Positions 37,417-50,700 of a stretch of 64,000 nucleotides of DNA are shown piece after piece. The stretch is from Eremomyces bilateralis CBS 781.70 (lineage: Eukaryota). The stretch lies in assembly GCA_010015585.1 (NCBI GenBank), contig ML975180.1; one strand, written 5' to 3'. Numbering within the stretch: the stretch's first letter is position 1; each line of letters opens with the position of its first letter. Under the pieces are notes generated by a model that was not told the origin of the DNA, ran no database searches, and saw only the letters and a program-made list of their open reading frames with translations. A program made the position numbers and the translations under genes.

Positions 37417-38417
37417 ATGGGCCGATTCGACAGCAAAGGGCAGGATGACGCGAGCGATTCGTCAAGAGGGAAATACAACGATGTCAACATGGACGAGACC
37501 AAACTCCTTAACGGCTCCGACTCGGATGTGGAGTATCCGGTCCAGCAGATCTTGGAGTTAAACCGATCCTTGCGGCGAACGAAGTTCCTGTTGCGACTTG
37601 TGGTGGGAACCATCGGAGTCTCCATCCTTCTCTTCATTATCGTCGTCTCGGTCGCCGGGGCAAAGAGGGATGAAATTTTGAAGTTGATCGGGGGAAAGCG
37701 GCCGGATAGGATAATGAAGTCTCCGGTTCCGCCTCGTAGGTCGTCAAGAAGACTCGCTGGAGGCTAAGCTGACGTGGACGCAGTGCCTCTTGAAACGGTC
37801 ACCTTTGTGGAAGAGAAAATATATGGGATGAAGTCGACCCCGGAATCGGACGAGGCCTGGAACAGATTACTTCCGGCACGTCTCACATACCAAAAATCAT
37901 GGATCTCGTGCTGACCATTCATCAGGATGGTCGAGGTTTCGTCTACATCCCCGACTGGGAAGACTACGATCTTCCGCCCGGCCAAGACACCCCTTGGGGC
38001 GTGATTTACAGCACGGCACTCTACCATCAGATCCACTGTCTCGGGCAGATTCGAAAGTACGCGTGGATGATGGTGGACGGAATTTCGTCGGACGATCCCG
38101 CCAAGCTCCAAGCCGTGAAGGAGCACGTCACCGGGAAGGACCATCCAGACCACTTGTACCATTGCTTCGATTACCTGCGCCAGAGTCTGATGTGCTGCGG
38201 AGACATGGCAATGGAATGGCCTCGAACTGAGGAGACCGGTGAGCGATATGTCGTGGATGGATGGAACATTCCGCACGAGTGCAAGAGCAGAGTAAGTCCG
38301 GCCCAGGTGATCGCTTCTTGCAGCTGCTGACATCGATACTAGAATGGAATCGAAGAGTATATGAGAAAGGCTCATTTCAACCACTCGCAGATGGATGAGA
38401 TTGCCCCCCACAGATGA
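37417..38417 (+). CDS. DUF3328 (UstYa-like) oxidase, 4 exons
   Basis: N-terminal TM helix; SDEAWNRLLP; twin HxxHC motifs YHQIHCL and HLYHCFDYLRQSLMC; DGWNIPHECK. Confidence 0.92.
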
Positions 38418-38492
38418 ATATTGTCTTGAACACCGCCCTCTGTTCCATCAATGGAAATATAGCATAGTATTTATGAAAATGTACGCTAGTGT

Positions 38493-39525
38493 TTACGATC
38501 TGAATATCCGCTCGAAGCCCTTCTCGTCTGGCTGAAGCCAGTTGCACTTGTCGTAGTCGTTTTGACCCTCGATGAGGTGGAACGTGTAGATGAACCGGCT
38601 TTTTGCGCTCGTATTCCTCTCGCTCTTGTGCAGGAGGTTCCCATGGATCAGCACCAAGGTGCCCGCTTTCACCTCCCCCACCGTGTACTCTTCGGTGCTT
38701 CCAACAGCGGCATTGCTGTCCAACCCAAGCCCTTCCGGGAACCTCTCACCCTCGTTCGCCGTAAACCCCGTCCCCGCCTTCCCTTCCTCGACCTCCCCCA
38801 TCCGCACGAATCGCTTCTCCACCGCCGCCCGCTTGTGGCTACCGCTGGCAAAGCTCAAGCACCCGTTCCCAGCGACGGCATCCTCCAGCGCATACCAAAA
38901 CCCAACCGCGCTGGGAGGGTCGGTGTACAAAAAGGTCGAGTCCTGGTGCGGGGGGACGGCGCCGCCGATACGCGGCTGTTTGCAGATCACCATACTCTGG
39001 AGGCACCGCGGGTCGCGAAACGACAGACTTTTCGCAATCGCCGCATTTTCGGGCGACAGCGTGATACGGCGGAAGGGCTCTGAGAGGACGTGGAGCGCAT
39101 GGCCGATCTTGTTGATCGACGCCGGGACGGGGCCGAGCAGTTCGCCCGACGGGGAGAAAGCGTCTTGAGCAGATCAGCGTCCGTCTGTACGCTCCGAGGG
39201 AGAACTACGAACCCTCTTCGAAGAAGAACCGGATCTTGTCACCGCTGGTTAGAAAGTAGTCGTCGCCCACATGGTCGGCGTCGCCTTCGCCAGTGGAGAA
39301 CTTCGTGCCGGGATGATCTTTGAGTCCGGTTGTGCTAAACTCATCTAGCATTTCCTGTGTCTCGGAAAGAAGCTCATGGACAGTCTCCCCGGATAACGCA
39401 CCGGGGATGATTAGGTATCCATTCTTGTCCCAAAAAGCCAACTGCTCTTGTGATAAGCCGTCGGACAGCGAGCCATGATTCCCACTCGAGAGCGAGCCAG
39501 TTACGGAGGGAGTAACTGCCGCCAT
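38493..39525 (-). CDS. Phytanoyl-CoA dioxygenase family (PhyH/PHYHD1-like), 2 exons
   Basis: FWDKNGYLII, SGDKIRFFFEE, INKIGHALH, PPHQDSTFL, HGNLLHKS. Confidence 0.93.
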
Positions 39526-40386
39526 CCCAACCTCAAACGGCAACTGCTGAGGTATGAAGGAAATATCTAATCAGGTTATAAGATCGAGAAGACAGTCAAA
39601 GAACGTATGGAGTTCCGAAGTAGATTCATCCTGATCACCACAATCGATATCAGGACGTCTGGCTACATGACTCATATCTGATGTACATTGAGTGGCTACT
39701 GACTCGGGAACTAGAGTGAGTCCGAATTCCGATTAACTAAAGCCGATTCACTAAGTTAGCCATGTTGATATGACGCACCGTCATGTGCTAATGGTCGTGT
39801 TTGACTTTCGTATGCTGCAATTTGCAAGTCTGTTAAGTTTTCAAATGTCATTGTTGAATGGACTCCATGTTTTCCGAGCGGTAATTTCATCGGGTGAGGC
39901 CGTAGATCTAGGACTTGTTTGACGTTGTTGAGCTGAGAATGGACCTTATGCGCTGCAATCTTCATCTTCAGCGCTGTTGAACTAAGGCACATCGGTGGTA
40001 ACGTATGATTTTGCTTTGTTTCTAAGAAGAATCATCATGCTGTCTCTCGTACTCTATAGTGCCGAACAGTTTCAATGGCCATGGCGTCGGTGGCCAATCA
40101 AGTCGCGTCCAATCCACTTTGACGCGTCGCGCGCTTCACGTCCCCTGGCAACGCGTGCTGTTCCGCGTTTTACGGCCCGCCAGCCACTCTATTTACACCT
40201 CGCTGCTTTCGCCAGTTTTCCACCATAGCTTTTGCTTCACGTTTCGATATCTCAAATCCGTCCAGATATATCTTAAGTCTATGAATTCTTTCTATTCATC
40301 TTCTACCTTCGAAGCTAGTTCCTCATTTCTTTGATCTTCTGTTTCCTTTTGCACCTCCTGTAAACAGACCCGAGGTGCTCATTGCC

Positions 40387-41877
40387 ATGCCCAAGACGAC
40401 GAAAGCCGCAAAGGCTCAGCGGCCTCGAAAGACCATCGAATCTTATGGTCGCGTTACAAAAGCGACTTCGGCACTCTCGACCTCAAAGAAGCGAAAGGCC
40501 AGCCCAGAGCCTCTGGAATCCGCTCCTAGCACTTTACCCTCTATCTCTACTCCGAGAAAGAGATTTCGTACCCATGGACTCAACACACCCGCCGAGACTC
40601 CAACGAAGGCACTCGGTCGCTCACTCGAAATTTTGAACATCAAGCCTACCGACTCGCCCAAACTCTCCTCATTCTCCGCCAAACTCCATGGTCTCCCATC
40701 GCCATCCGCCTCACAAGATGCAACTCCCACTACCTCGCGCTCCGCTGCCGACACGATTCCCCCAACCGATGAGGCGATTCCCCAGACAGTGCAGGACCTT
40801 ATTAGCCTAAATGCATCGTTCTTTACGGGCCTTTCTATCCACTATGCGCATCATGGTACCGGTACAACCGTCGATGTGAAGGAGCTTACGCCGGCCATTA
40901 GCCGGATCTGGGGAAGGAGAAGGGTGAGACTAGACGATCTACAACGATGCTTGGGTGTACTCACTCTCAACGCATCGGACCGGATCCCGTTCGCGCTCGT
41001 CGACCACGGAAGGGGAAAGGTGTGCTTAGAGCTGCTCTCAAATACCGCCAACAATGTCACCGTTCGCCAGCCGGATACGGAGGCCATGAAGCAAGAATTC
41101 GAGCAGCTCATTGTCAAGGAATGGTCCCAGAGCGACGAAAATGCAGATGACTTCGTGGCGTCCCTGCCGACGGTGCCGGTCAAGTCGAGCAAGTCGCTGG
41201 TGCGAATCCAGCCGCTGCTCATGCGCGGTCAGCAACGTTTAGAAGATCTCATGAAGGGGCGGTTGCCACCGTCAACGATCCAATCCACCACGCGGAAGCG
41301 CCGTCATGGTGATCGCGACGACTCCCCAGTCCCCGAACCGTCCGCAGAATCTGATGAGCATCCCGTGAAGCGACTGAAAGAGGCGTCAACGGACGTTGGC
41401 CCTCCGAAACCTGTGCCAAACCAACGAAAGGAACGTCACCCGAACCACGAAACCCTGTCACTCCCCTCATCCGCCTCCCGGCAAACCTCACTCCTCGACC
41501 GCATCCGCGTCAAAGAATCCGTCTCCGCCACCCAAGTTGTGCGCTCCCCCACCGAGCTAGCCCGCCACGCCGCGCTGTCCCGCGCCCCCGAGGTCCTCTC
41601 GATCCTCGACCTCCTCCTCTGCTCCAAGGGTATCATTCTCTCGCCGACCGCGCCGGTGGCGCGCACGTCCTTTTCGCTGAACGCGGTCGTCAAGGCGGTG
41701 CAGGGGAGCGTTAAGAACCCGCTGGCGAGTAAGGACGTGGGAGATGTGTTGAGGGTTCTTGAGGAGGTGACGGGGGGGTATGTGAGGTTGGTGTCGTTTG
41801 GTGGTGTGCATGCAGTCGTCGTTGCTGGGAGAAGGCCGAGGGAAGCGGATATTAGTTCTTGGGGAATCGGTCAATGA
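40387..41877 (+). CDS. DNA replication licensing factor Cdt1-like protein
   Basis: Basic/Ser-Pro N-terminus; LSIHYAHHG, ISRIWGRRRVRLDDLQRCLG, DHGRGKVCLE; SLLDRIRVKE; C-terminal winged-helix SVKNPLA. Confidence 0.75.
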   Translation: MPKTTKAAKAQRPRKTIESYGRVTKATSALSTSKKRKASPEPLESAPSTLPSISTPRKRFRTHGLNTPAETPTKALGRSLEILNIKPTDSPKLSSFSAKLHGLPSPSASQDATPTTSRSAADTIPPTDEAIPQTVQDLISLNASFFTGLSIHYAHHGTGTTVDVKELTPAISRIWGRRRVRLDDLQRCLGVLTLNASDRIPFALVDHGRGKVCLELLSNTANNVTVRQPDTEAMKQEFEQLIVKEWSQSDENADDFVASLPTVPVKSSKSLVRIQPLLMRGQQRLEDLMKGRLPPSTIQSTTRKRRHGDRDDSPVPEPSAESDEHPVKRLKEASTDVGPPKPVPNQRKERHPNHETLSLPSSASRQTSLLDRIRVKESVSATQVVRSPTELARHAALSRAPEVLSILDLLLCSKGIILSPTAPVARTSFSLNAVVKAVQGSVKNPLASKDVGDVLRVLEEVTGGYVRLVSFGGVHAVVVAGRRPREADISSWGIGQ

Positions 41878-42605
41878 GCCGCATGATGTACTATATGAGG
41901 AGCAACATTGTGCCTTAGAGTAGGGTACTACGGCTGATACACCCTGTTTCTACCACGCTGTGTCAAGGAATTTATAGACATGCAAAACGAATGACGATTA
42001 TTGCATTGAATGCATTTCGGTTGGTGAATATCTAGTTTTGTAGAACACCGCCCGCGCTCGCACAGACTCCCATTAATGGACCCTGATTCCCTAACCCTAG
42101 CTACCAATTGAACCATCTTTCAACCGCGGACGCCCACCATTCCAATGCGTGGTCGGCACTTGATCCTTTCCTTCCAATATATGATATAGCTCTGGTAAAC
42201 CTTCAATGCGGTGTACCTATGGTGGATCTGTGGGATAGTGATTCTCGCATGAAAGCGCCCGGTGAACGTCAAGGAGCTCAACTGTTCCCTGTGCCCATTG
42301 CACGAACAGATTCCAGGTTCAAAACTAAAGTCATCACTTCTCACTTCTCAGGATAGAGAAACATTGTCAACGGCAAGAGGCAAGAACCCAAAACCTCGCG
42401 ATTATGGTTTGCGAAAGCATGGCGACGGGACGATCCGAAGCTGTCAGCATTTAATATTGACGTTGGAAGGCTGGGGAGATTTTCCCACCCGCGCTAGTCA
42501 GTCAGTGGACCCCTTGTCGGCCACTCTAAATCGGGTTATACGGAGATCTGTAGATAGTTTTGAATCAATGAAATAATCAATGCAAGGACCATTGTTCTTG
42601 TCAAA

Positions 42606-43523
42606 TTGGCTGAATATACAGAAGAGGCTCTACAAAGTACTCTAGATGATTGTCGGACCTGGAAAATCCCCTCCTTGCGCAAGGTTTCGGAGCAATATCA
42701 AATCCCAAGGTCTACTCTAGACTCGCAGGCCGTCCAACTCGCAAAGAGAGCGCCCAGAATACACAGAAACTATCCCCTGTCCAGGAAAGATACCTTACGG
42801 AATGGATTGTCGAAGAAGACCGCGCCAATGGAGCCCTTTCTCACGCAAGAGTGGTCCAAATGGCAGAATGCATTGCCCGGGAAAATTGCGATACGACCCC
42901 TTGCGGTCAACATTGGACTCAAGGCTTCCTTCGTCGTAACCCGCAGGTGAACTCTATAGTTGGAACGGCACTCGAAGCGCCTCGAGCAAATGGCGCAACA
43001 AAAGAGGTCATCTCGGAATTCCTGGACCTATACAAGAAGATCTGCGACCAGTACAAGATCAAACCCGCGGGCCGCGAAAAGGTGGAATTTCGATGAACAC
43101 GGCATAATTCTTGGCGTAGGAATGAATGGGAGAGTTATAAGGACCTCAACGAACGGAAAACGTAAACGTACGTACGTTAAGGTCCCTGGTGATCGCGAAT
43201 GGGTTTCCATCATCGAAGCAGTTTCCGCAGAAGGTCGAAAAGTCTCCCCCCTTATCATCTTCAAAGGCCAAAACCTCCAGACTACCTGGTTCCCTTCTTC
43301 AACCAAGGGCCTGACCGATTGGCACTTTACGACATCAGAGAATGCGTGGACTTCTAACGAGATTGGTCTTAAATGGCTGGAGAAGAAATTCCTCCCTGAA
43401 ACCAGTCCTGACAGTAACGGACACGATGAGTGGCGTTTATTAGTAGGCGATGGCCACGGATCTTATGCTACCATTGAGATGATGAAGGCCTGTAAAGATA
43501 CAGACGAAGAGTTTGATATATAG
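42606..43523 (+). pseudogene. pogo/Fot1 (DDE_1) transposase, frameshifted and 3'-truncated
   Basis: HTH SLRKVSEQYQIPRSTL, CENPB-type LSPVQERYLTEWI...WTQGFLRRNP, WNFDEHG, REWVSIIEAVSA, PLIIFKG, AWTSNEIG, LVGDGHGSY. Confidence 0.88.
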
Positions 43524-44484
43524 GATCTTGAGTCCGAAACAGCCACAGCAGATACAGTGGTAGGGCAATCAGAGGAATACGATCCGAATGTTGCTGATGA
43601 TATGGATCGGTAGATACCGTAGTTCGATAATCCACTGAATGGCCACCGCGATGACTACGGAGGTATGTGCAATATTGCACAATAGCAGCTTACCCATGCA
43701 TCGATTGTATATTAGAACGGGGACGGAGCAGCTGCATGAAACATAGGGATAGCCTATTCTGGTACCTTAAATGCCTTACTATAGTAGTTACTTCCGATAG
43801 TCTACTAATTCATTTCCGGTCGATCGTTCTATGAATTCACTTATATTTAATCTTCGATATATGGAGTTCGTGCCGCCTCGCACAAAAGTAGTGTAGATGG
43901 CTTTGACCTCGACGAATGAATCAATCGGAAGCACGAATACTAGATTGAAGAAAAGCCGCGTTTAGGTAAAGGCTTTTGCTCCGGCTAGAAAAGACATAAC
44001 TGCAGGATTATATATCGACTATTTTCGACCGACTTCAACGCCACCACACTCTTCAACTGTCTCCTGTTCTCGTCATGCAGTTTACAGACTGTTAGGTGCG
44101 ACATAGTCGCAGTAGCTGGCGCTGCTAAGGTTCGATTTCATGGCACTACATATAACACGGAGCCCTTGCTGTGAGACAAGCTAGTCTAGCTGTCGTTTCC
44201 CATTATGTTAACGATTGGCAACTTAAGGTAGGAAGGAATGATAAACTCAACAGGATCAGGAGACACCGCTTTATCTATAAAAGGGTGATAGATCTCGAAA
44301 TGCCGCCAGCAGTACCATCAGTCGGTGTACAGTCACATTTTCACTGCTTGCACTCCTTAGTCTAGCAAAAGCAGCAACTTAAACTTTACTCCACTTATTA
44401 TTACCATTTCAAGCCTCTAGTACTTGTAAACTGCACCTTATTGATTTAACTCTCGCCTATCGATTCCATCATTAGGCCTACATC

Positions 44485-44666
44485 ATGAAAACTCTCGCCC
44501 TCGCTCTCCTCGTCGCCGTCTCTCAAACGGCTACACTTCCTCAAACCGGTGGACAGTTGGCCCGGTACGTATACTCTCCACAAGCTGGCCAGGAAGTTGT
44601 CAACTAATAGGTATTACTAGGCGGGGATGGGATTATGTATATAATATGAAGATGTGCAAGGGCTAA
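44485..44666 (+). CDS. Putative 41-aa secreted peptide precursor (exons 44485-44564, 44621-44666)
   Basis: MKTLALALLVAVSQTATLPQTGGQLARRGWDYVYNMKMCKG; CATCATG start context, intron GTACGT..CTAAT..TAG, upstream TATAAAAG at ~44276. Confidence 0.5.
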
Positions 44667-44942
44667 GATGTCTCTGGTATTGCGATAGTACTATTTTCTA
44701 AAGTCTATAAGATGAGGATAGTGAAAACTCGTGAAGTGCGCAGGCTCTCTGTAGGTGTTGATTGTTTTGGCGTGTCAATCAATCACGGAAGCAATAGGAT
44801 ACCTGTTCAGAGGCAGTGAGAGGCTTGTAATCGGTCAGAACTCAGAAGTAGTTTACCTTGGACTTTGGACCATAGATACACCCTGACTTACATAAGCTAC
44901 AGGATGCGATGACTAAGTAACCTCTGATCTCTGATTCCCAGC

Positions 44943-47393
44943 TAGGGCACGCCGTCCTCATAAAGTCTTCATGAAATCTAACCCGATTTAGCTCTAGCGC
45001 TCATAAATGCCCTCATTAATACTAGCCTAATTAGGTATAGCATTACCCAAATATTAGTGCCTGAGGCACCCGCAGCAGTATTTGCAGGAGATCCTAATAC
45101 CCGTTCTCATAGCTCTCTCCAACTGTATAAGTCTTGTAATCGACATCTTCATCACTCAAATGACCAAACCATAACAGTAATGGACGTGTATGTACATTAG
45201 GGCTCGCCGTCCTTATAAATACTAGCCAACTTGGTTCCTACCTTCAACTGCTTTTCTTTGTTAACGTATTTGAAGCTTTAATCCTAAAGATATTGATTCT
45301 TTTCGTGTTTACAATAGCATAGGATTATCTACATGATCTTCTCCCGCCTCAATAAGGCCATCTTCAAGCTCAATATACTCCTCCTCTAAGTCCTCCGCTG
45401 CATTTTCAATCTCGCTAGCATGGTCTCTTCCCTTCCTATCAAATACTCTCTGATTGATATACACGAATTGTAGCATATCAACATTCGTACCCTCAAGGCA
45501 TGAACGGAGCTTGTTCTGTAATAGTTTGAGTATAGAGAAGGAGCGCTCACAGGGCACTGAATTGCAAGGAGTTGATGCCAGTCTCAATGCAATAGGTCCA
45601 ACTGCTGGGGCGAATGTGGACGCAATCTGCCAGAAAGTCTTAATCGTCTCTTTATGCTCCCATATAAAGTGTCCCATATTGAATCGTCCTTCACGCCCCC
45701 GAAACTCAATGATCTGAGTTATAGCATTCTTATAATCCACCCCCATCCTCTTTAAGAAGTTATTAAGCTTCTCCCAAACCTGTGCGGCTGTATGGAATGG
45801 TATTGAGTCGTCGCCGATCGTATGTGGGTTAAGAAGGAACGCAGCAATATGAATATCTGTCGTTTGACGTTCAAATCGAGACTGCAGGAGTTGTGGGATC
45901 TTTGAGAGGTCATCGATATCAGGACGTTCTTGAACGATATTGGCTAAGTGCTGTTGAGCTTGCTTCCAGCTAGTCACGACGTGGTGAAGCTTTGCAGAGT
46001 CCGATTCTGACTGCTTAATAAGGCTATCGATCGGTTCCAAAATGTGGAGGATGAATTCGATGTCAATCCAGAATTGTCGATCCCAGACTACCGCCTTAAG
46101 CTCGTTTACCGAATCGCCTACCTCGTCTGGTAGGCTGTTGAAGTACAGTAATAAGGCCGGTTGTGCTCGCTTGACAGACTTGAGCATTGATACTTGAGTA
46201 CCCCATCTAGTAATAACAGATAAGGTAAAGGAGTATACCTTCTGCATTGTACTTTGCATATGCTCTCGGAGGATACCTAGTTGCTTTGGAGAGGAGGTAA
46301 ATGCCGTAACAATAGCCTGTGCTTTTTGGAACCGTTCTTCGAACCACGGGAGTAACACAATGTCTTTAATAAGGAGCTGCAAGCCGTGGCTATTGCACGG
46401 TACAAAGAATACGTGTCGAAGCTCCGGTTGCTTGCTGAGTATCGTCGCCGCTTTAAGCTGTGTAGCACAGGTGTCTGTTGTAACCGAATTGATCCGTGTG
46501 AAGTTGCCATTGCATAGTTCCTTCATGCACTTGTATAGCCACCCCGCGCTCCATTCGCCATTTAAGGTTTCGCCGGCGAGGATCTCGGATTTGATATATA
46601 AGGCGCCGTACTCTGGCACGTTGACACAGAGATTCTGGACTCGTTTCTTGCGTATGTTGTTCGACTCATCAGCAATAAGGTTGATTGTGGAGGAGCTCTG
46701 AATAATAGGCATAACTTGCTTCCGGCAACGTTCGTAGAGTTCTACTTAATTAGTGGCTGGGAGAAATAAAAGAGTACTTAAACTAACCTGGTAGAAAGTC
46801 GTTGACGATATCCTTCCGTGTAGGAGGCTTGACAAGAGGATAGAACGTGCGATAGATACGCGCGAGGTGCTTCTTCTCCTCAAAAGCATCAAGCGGTAAG
46901 GCATCCATTATGACAGCCATTGTCATATCCAACTGGATAGTCCTCATTTGTAGCGCAGAGAGCGACGGCACCCTAAGTTTCGGCTGGATTGACGTCTGTA
47001 ATTTCCCATTAAGCGTAAGGTATGGCTTGCAGCGTGTGAGGTGTGTCCGGAGGTCGGTGGTTTGCCAGGATCGTTCTGTCTTACACGCCTTACAGATAGC
47101 TCTATCTGTAGCGTAATCAAGGTGTTTTATTCGTATAAAGGAATTGAGTATTTCTACATCGGGGATGCGCCCTTTGGGGGGCATCTTAGTACGCAATTGT
47201 TCAAGCAATGGGCGTGTATATACTCTGTACATAGCCTCAATCTTCAATTCTTCATAAAATAGGCACGTTACATGACTCAGTATGATGACTCAGCATGATT
47301 AATCAGCAACGCACGAGCCCATTACTGCCACCTTTTATGAGATTCCTCTGTAATTCATCATTTAATCCAGATGAGCTCATTTGGACTGCCCTA
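44943..47393 (-). mobile_element. hAT DNA transposon with perfect 8-bp TSD
   Basis: TTCCCAGC at 44935-44942 and 47394-47401; ends TAGGGCA... / ...TGCCCTA. Confidence 0.92.
45309..47184 (-). CDS. hAT transposase (DUF659-type), apparently intact, one intron at ~46786-46742
   Basis: Zn finger CKAC...HLTRC; IADESNN, TTDTCAT, PCNSHGLQL, ITRWGT, CNSVPCERSFS; splicing gives in-frame FLP-ELYERCRKQVMP. Confidence 0.9.
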
Positions 47394-47704
47394 TTCCCAG
47401 CCACTAGTTACAACTAATCAAGCCACAACTAATCCAGGGCCCACGTAAAAGTCACGTGAGTGCCATTCTTGTCGCGAATGCACGCGTCGTGATTCTTCAG
47501 GTTCAACTCCAACTCTCAAGCGGTCAAGCCAACTTCACAACATATTCAACCGCAACTTTTCATTCTAGTCTTGCCTTTCCACTGGGGTGTTCCTTCGAAA
47601 TTCATCTTTGCACTACTCGACTTGCTGGACCAGTTTGGAATTGACTACCATCCTGCAGTTGACTTGATCGATCGCGAATATACGGTGCTGAACCATCCGC
47701 GGTC

Positions 47705-50700
47705 ATGATGGCTCCGTCACGTACCCGGCATGCAGATTCCAAGGAGTCGTCACCCCGGGACGAAGACGTGTCTATGACAGATGCTGGGGCTGCTGTGGGC
47801 CAGGATGATGGCGACGCAGGCGATGAACCCATGGCCGTACGTTTCTTGCTCTCCCCCTTCAATATCAGCCTATCGTCACAATGTTGCGGACTATGCGTTC
47901 TGACTCTTAACCATTCAGGACTATCAGGAAACACCCGACTATACAGTAAGACTATCAATATACATCATTTGATTCTTATTCACACTACACCCAGGATTCC
48001 GACACCAACCCAAATACCACGGCCAGCAGCGTTGCAGGAGACCAAGCCCAGGCCGATGGACGTATGCGACGATCCCAAGCATTCCAACTTCGCAAAAGCA
48101 TATACGGAAAGAAGAACAGTCGCTTGGCCGAGTCGAAGGAGGACGACTCCATCCGACGATTCCAATACCTGCTTGGTCTGACTGACCTGTTTCGGCACTT
48201 CATCGAATCGAACCCGAACCCACGAGTCAAGGAGATTATGGTCGAAATCGACCGAAGAGAGGCAGAGGACGAGGAAAAGGCGAGGAAAGGCCATTCGAGG
48301 AAGGGTGGTGCTGCCGCCGATCGACGTCGCCGAACGGAACAAGAGGAGGACGCGGAGTTAATCCGAGATGAGAAATACGGTAAAACAGAGACCATTTTCC
48401 GTGAATCACCTGCCTTCATTCAAGGTGGGGAGATGCGAGATTACCAGATTGCTGGCCTGAATTGGCTAGTTTCTCTCCATGAGAACGGCATTTCTGGCAT
48501 CCTCGCAGACGAGATGGGTCTGGGAAAGACTCTCCAGACGATCGCATTCCTGGGCTACCTGCGGTTTGTCTGCGACATCAATGGACCGCATTTGGTTGTC
48601 GTTCCAAAATCCACCCTCGATAACTGGAATCGGGAATTCAAGAGGTGGATCCCGGAGATCAACGTGCTCGTCCTTCAAGGAGCGAAAGATGAACGCGCAC
48701 AGCTCATCAGCGAGCGATTGATCGACGAAAAGTTCGATGTGTGTGTAACGAGCTACGAGATGATTCTTCGCGAAAAGTCGCATTTGAAGAAGTTTGCCTG
48801 GGAGTACATCATCATCGACGAAGCGCACCGAATCAAAAACGAAGAGTCGTCGTTGGCGCAGATTATCCGATTGTTCAACTCCCGAAACCGACTCCTCATC
48901 ACCGGCACACCCCTTCAAAACAACCTACACGAGCTTTGGGCCTTGTTGAATTTCCTGCTCCCCGATGTCTTTGGTGACGCGGAAGCTTTCGATCAGTGGT
49001 TTTCTGGCCAGGATGCCGATCAGGATACCGTTGTCCAACAACTACACAAAGTCCTTCGACCATTCCTGCTTCGTCGTGTCAAGTCCGATGTGGAGAAGAG
49101 TTTGCTTCCAAAGAAGGAGGTCAATTTGTTCATCGGCATGTCCGAAATGCAGGTCAAATGGTACCAGAAGATCCTCGAGAAAGACATCGACGCCGTGAAC
49201 GGTGCAGGTGGTAAGAAAGAGTCGAAGACCCGGCTACTGAATATCGTCATGCAGCTCCGGAAATGTTGCAATCATCCTTACCTGTTTGACGGAGCCGAGC
49301 CGGGTCCACCTTATACTACCGATGAGCATTTGGTTCAGAATTCGATGAAGATGGTAATGCTCGACCGACTCCTCAAGCGAATGGAAGCGCAGGACAGCCG
49401 GGTCTTGATCTTCTCCCAGATGAGCCGACTGCTGGATATTCTCGAAGATTATGCGGTTTTCCGAGGCTACAAATATTGCCGCATCGACGGTTCCACAGCA
49501 CACGAGGATCGCATTGCCGCCATCGATGAATACAATAAACCGGGATCCGAAAAGTTTCTGTTCCTTCTGACCACTCGCGCCGGGGGCTTGGGAATCAACC
49601 TGACCTCGGCTGATATCGTCGTCCTGTTCGACAGCGATTGGAACCCGCAGGCGGATTTGCAGGCGATGGACCGTGCCCATCGTATCGGACAAACGAAGCA
49701 AGTCATGGTGTATCGATTTATCACGGAGAACGCCATCGAAGAGAAGGTCCTGGAGCGAGCCGCTCAGAAGCTTCGCTTGGACCAGGTCGTCATCCAACAA
49801 GGTCGTGCTGGGCAGCCGCAGACCAAGGCCGCGTCGAAGGAGAATTTGCTGTCGATGATTCAGCATGGTGCTGAGAAGGTGTTCGAGTCGCAAGGTGCCA
49901 TTGGCGCCCATTCCGGCGGCGAACTCACCGACGATGACATCGACGCCATCCTGAAGCGTGGTGAGGAGCGTACGGCGGAACTGAATGCCAAATACGAGAA
50001 CCTTGGTATCGATGACCTACAGAAGTTCACGTCGGAGTCCGCGTACGAGTGGAATGGTCAGAAGTTCATCGCTCCGAAGAAGGATATTGGTTTGAATTGG
50101 ATCAATCCGGCGAAGCGAGAGCGCAAGGAGCAAGCCTACTCGATCGACAAGTATTACCGACAAGCTTTGATGACCGGCGGACGAACTGCGGACACCAAGC
50201 CGAAGATCCCACGCGCACCGAAACAGATCACCATCCACGATTACCAGTTCTTCCCGCCCGGACTGAGCGAGCTTCAGGACAAGGAGACAGCTTGGTACCG
50301 CAAAGAGAACAACATCAAGGCACCACTTCCTGACGGGCCCGAGGAGGAGCTGGAATCCCGTCAAGCGGAGCAAGAGCTCGAGCAGCAGGAAATCGACAAT
50401 GCCGAGCCGCTCACCGAGGACGAGAAAGCCGAAAAGGAGCGGTTGTCGCAGATGGGTTTCGTGGACTGGAATCGCCGCGACTTCCAGCAGTTCATCAACG
50501 GATCGGCTAAATACGGGCGGGACAACTACGAGGGCATCGCCGAGGAGGTGGACGGCATGGATGTCGATGAAGTCCGCGAGTACGCGAAAGTGTTCTGGAA
50601 AAAACACAAGGAGATCCATAACTACGAGAAGTACATCCACGCGATCGAGGAAGGCGAGGAGCGCACCCGCAAGATCGAGCACCAACGCAAGATGCTCAAG

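Noticed and set aside
42089..42100. CCCTAACCCTAG telomere/telomerase-template-like motif
   Set aside because: Fewer than two full repeats and no supporting structure
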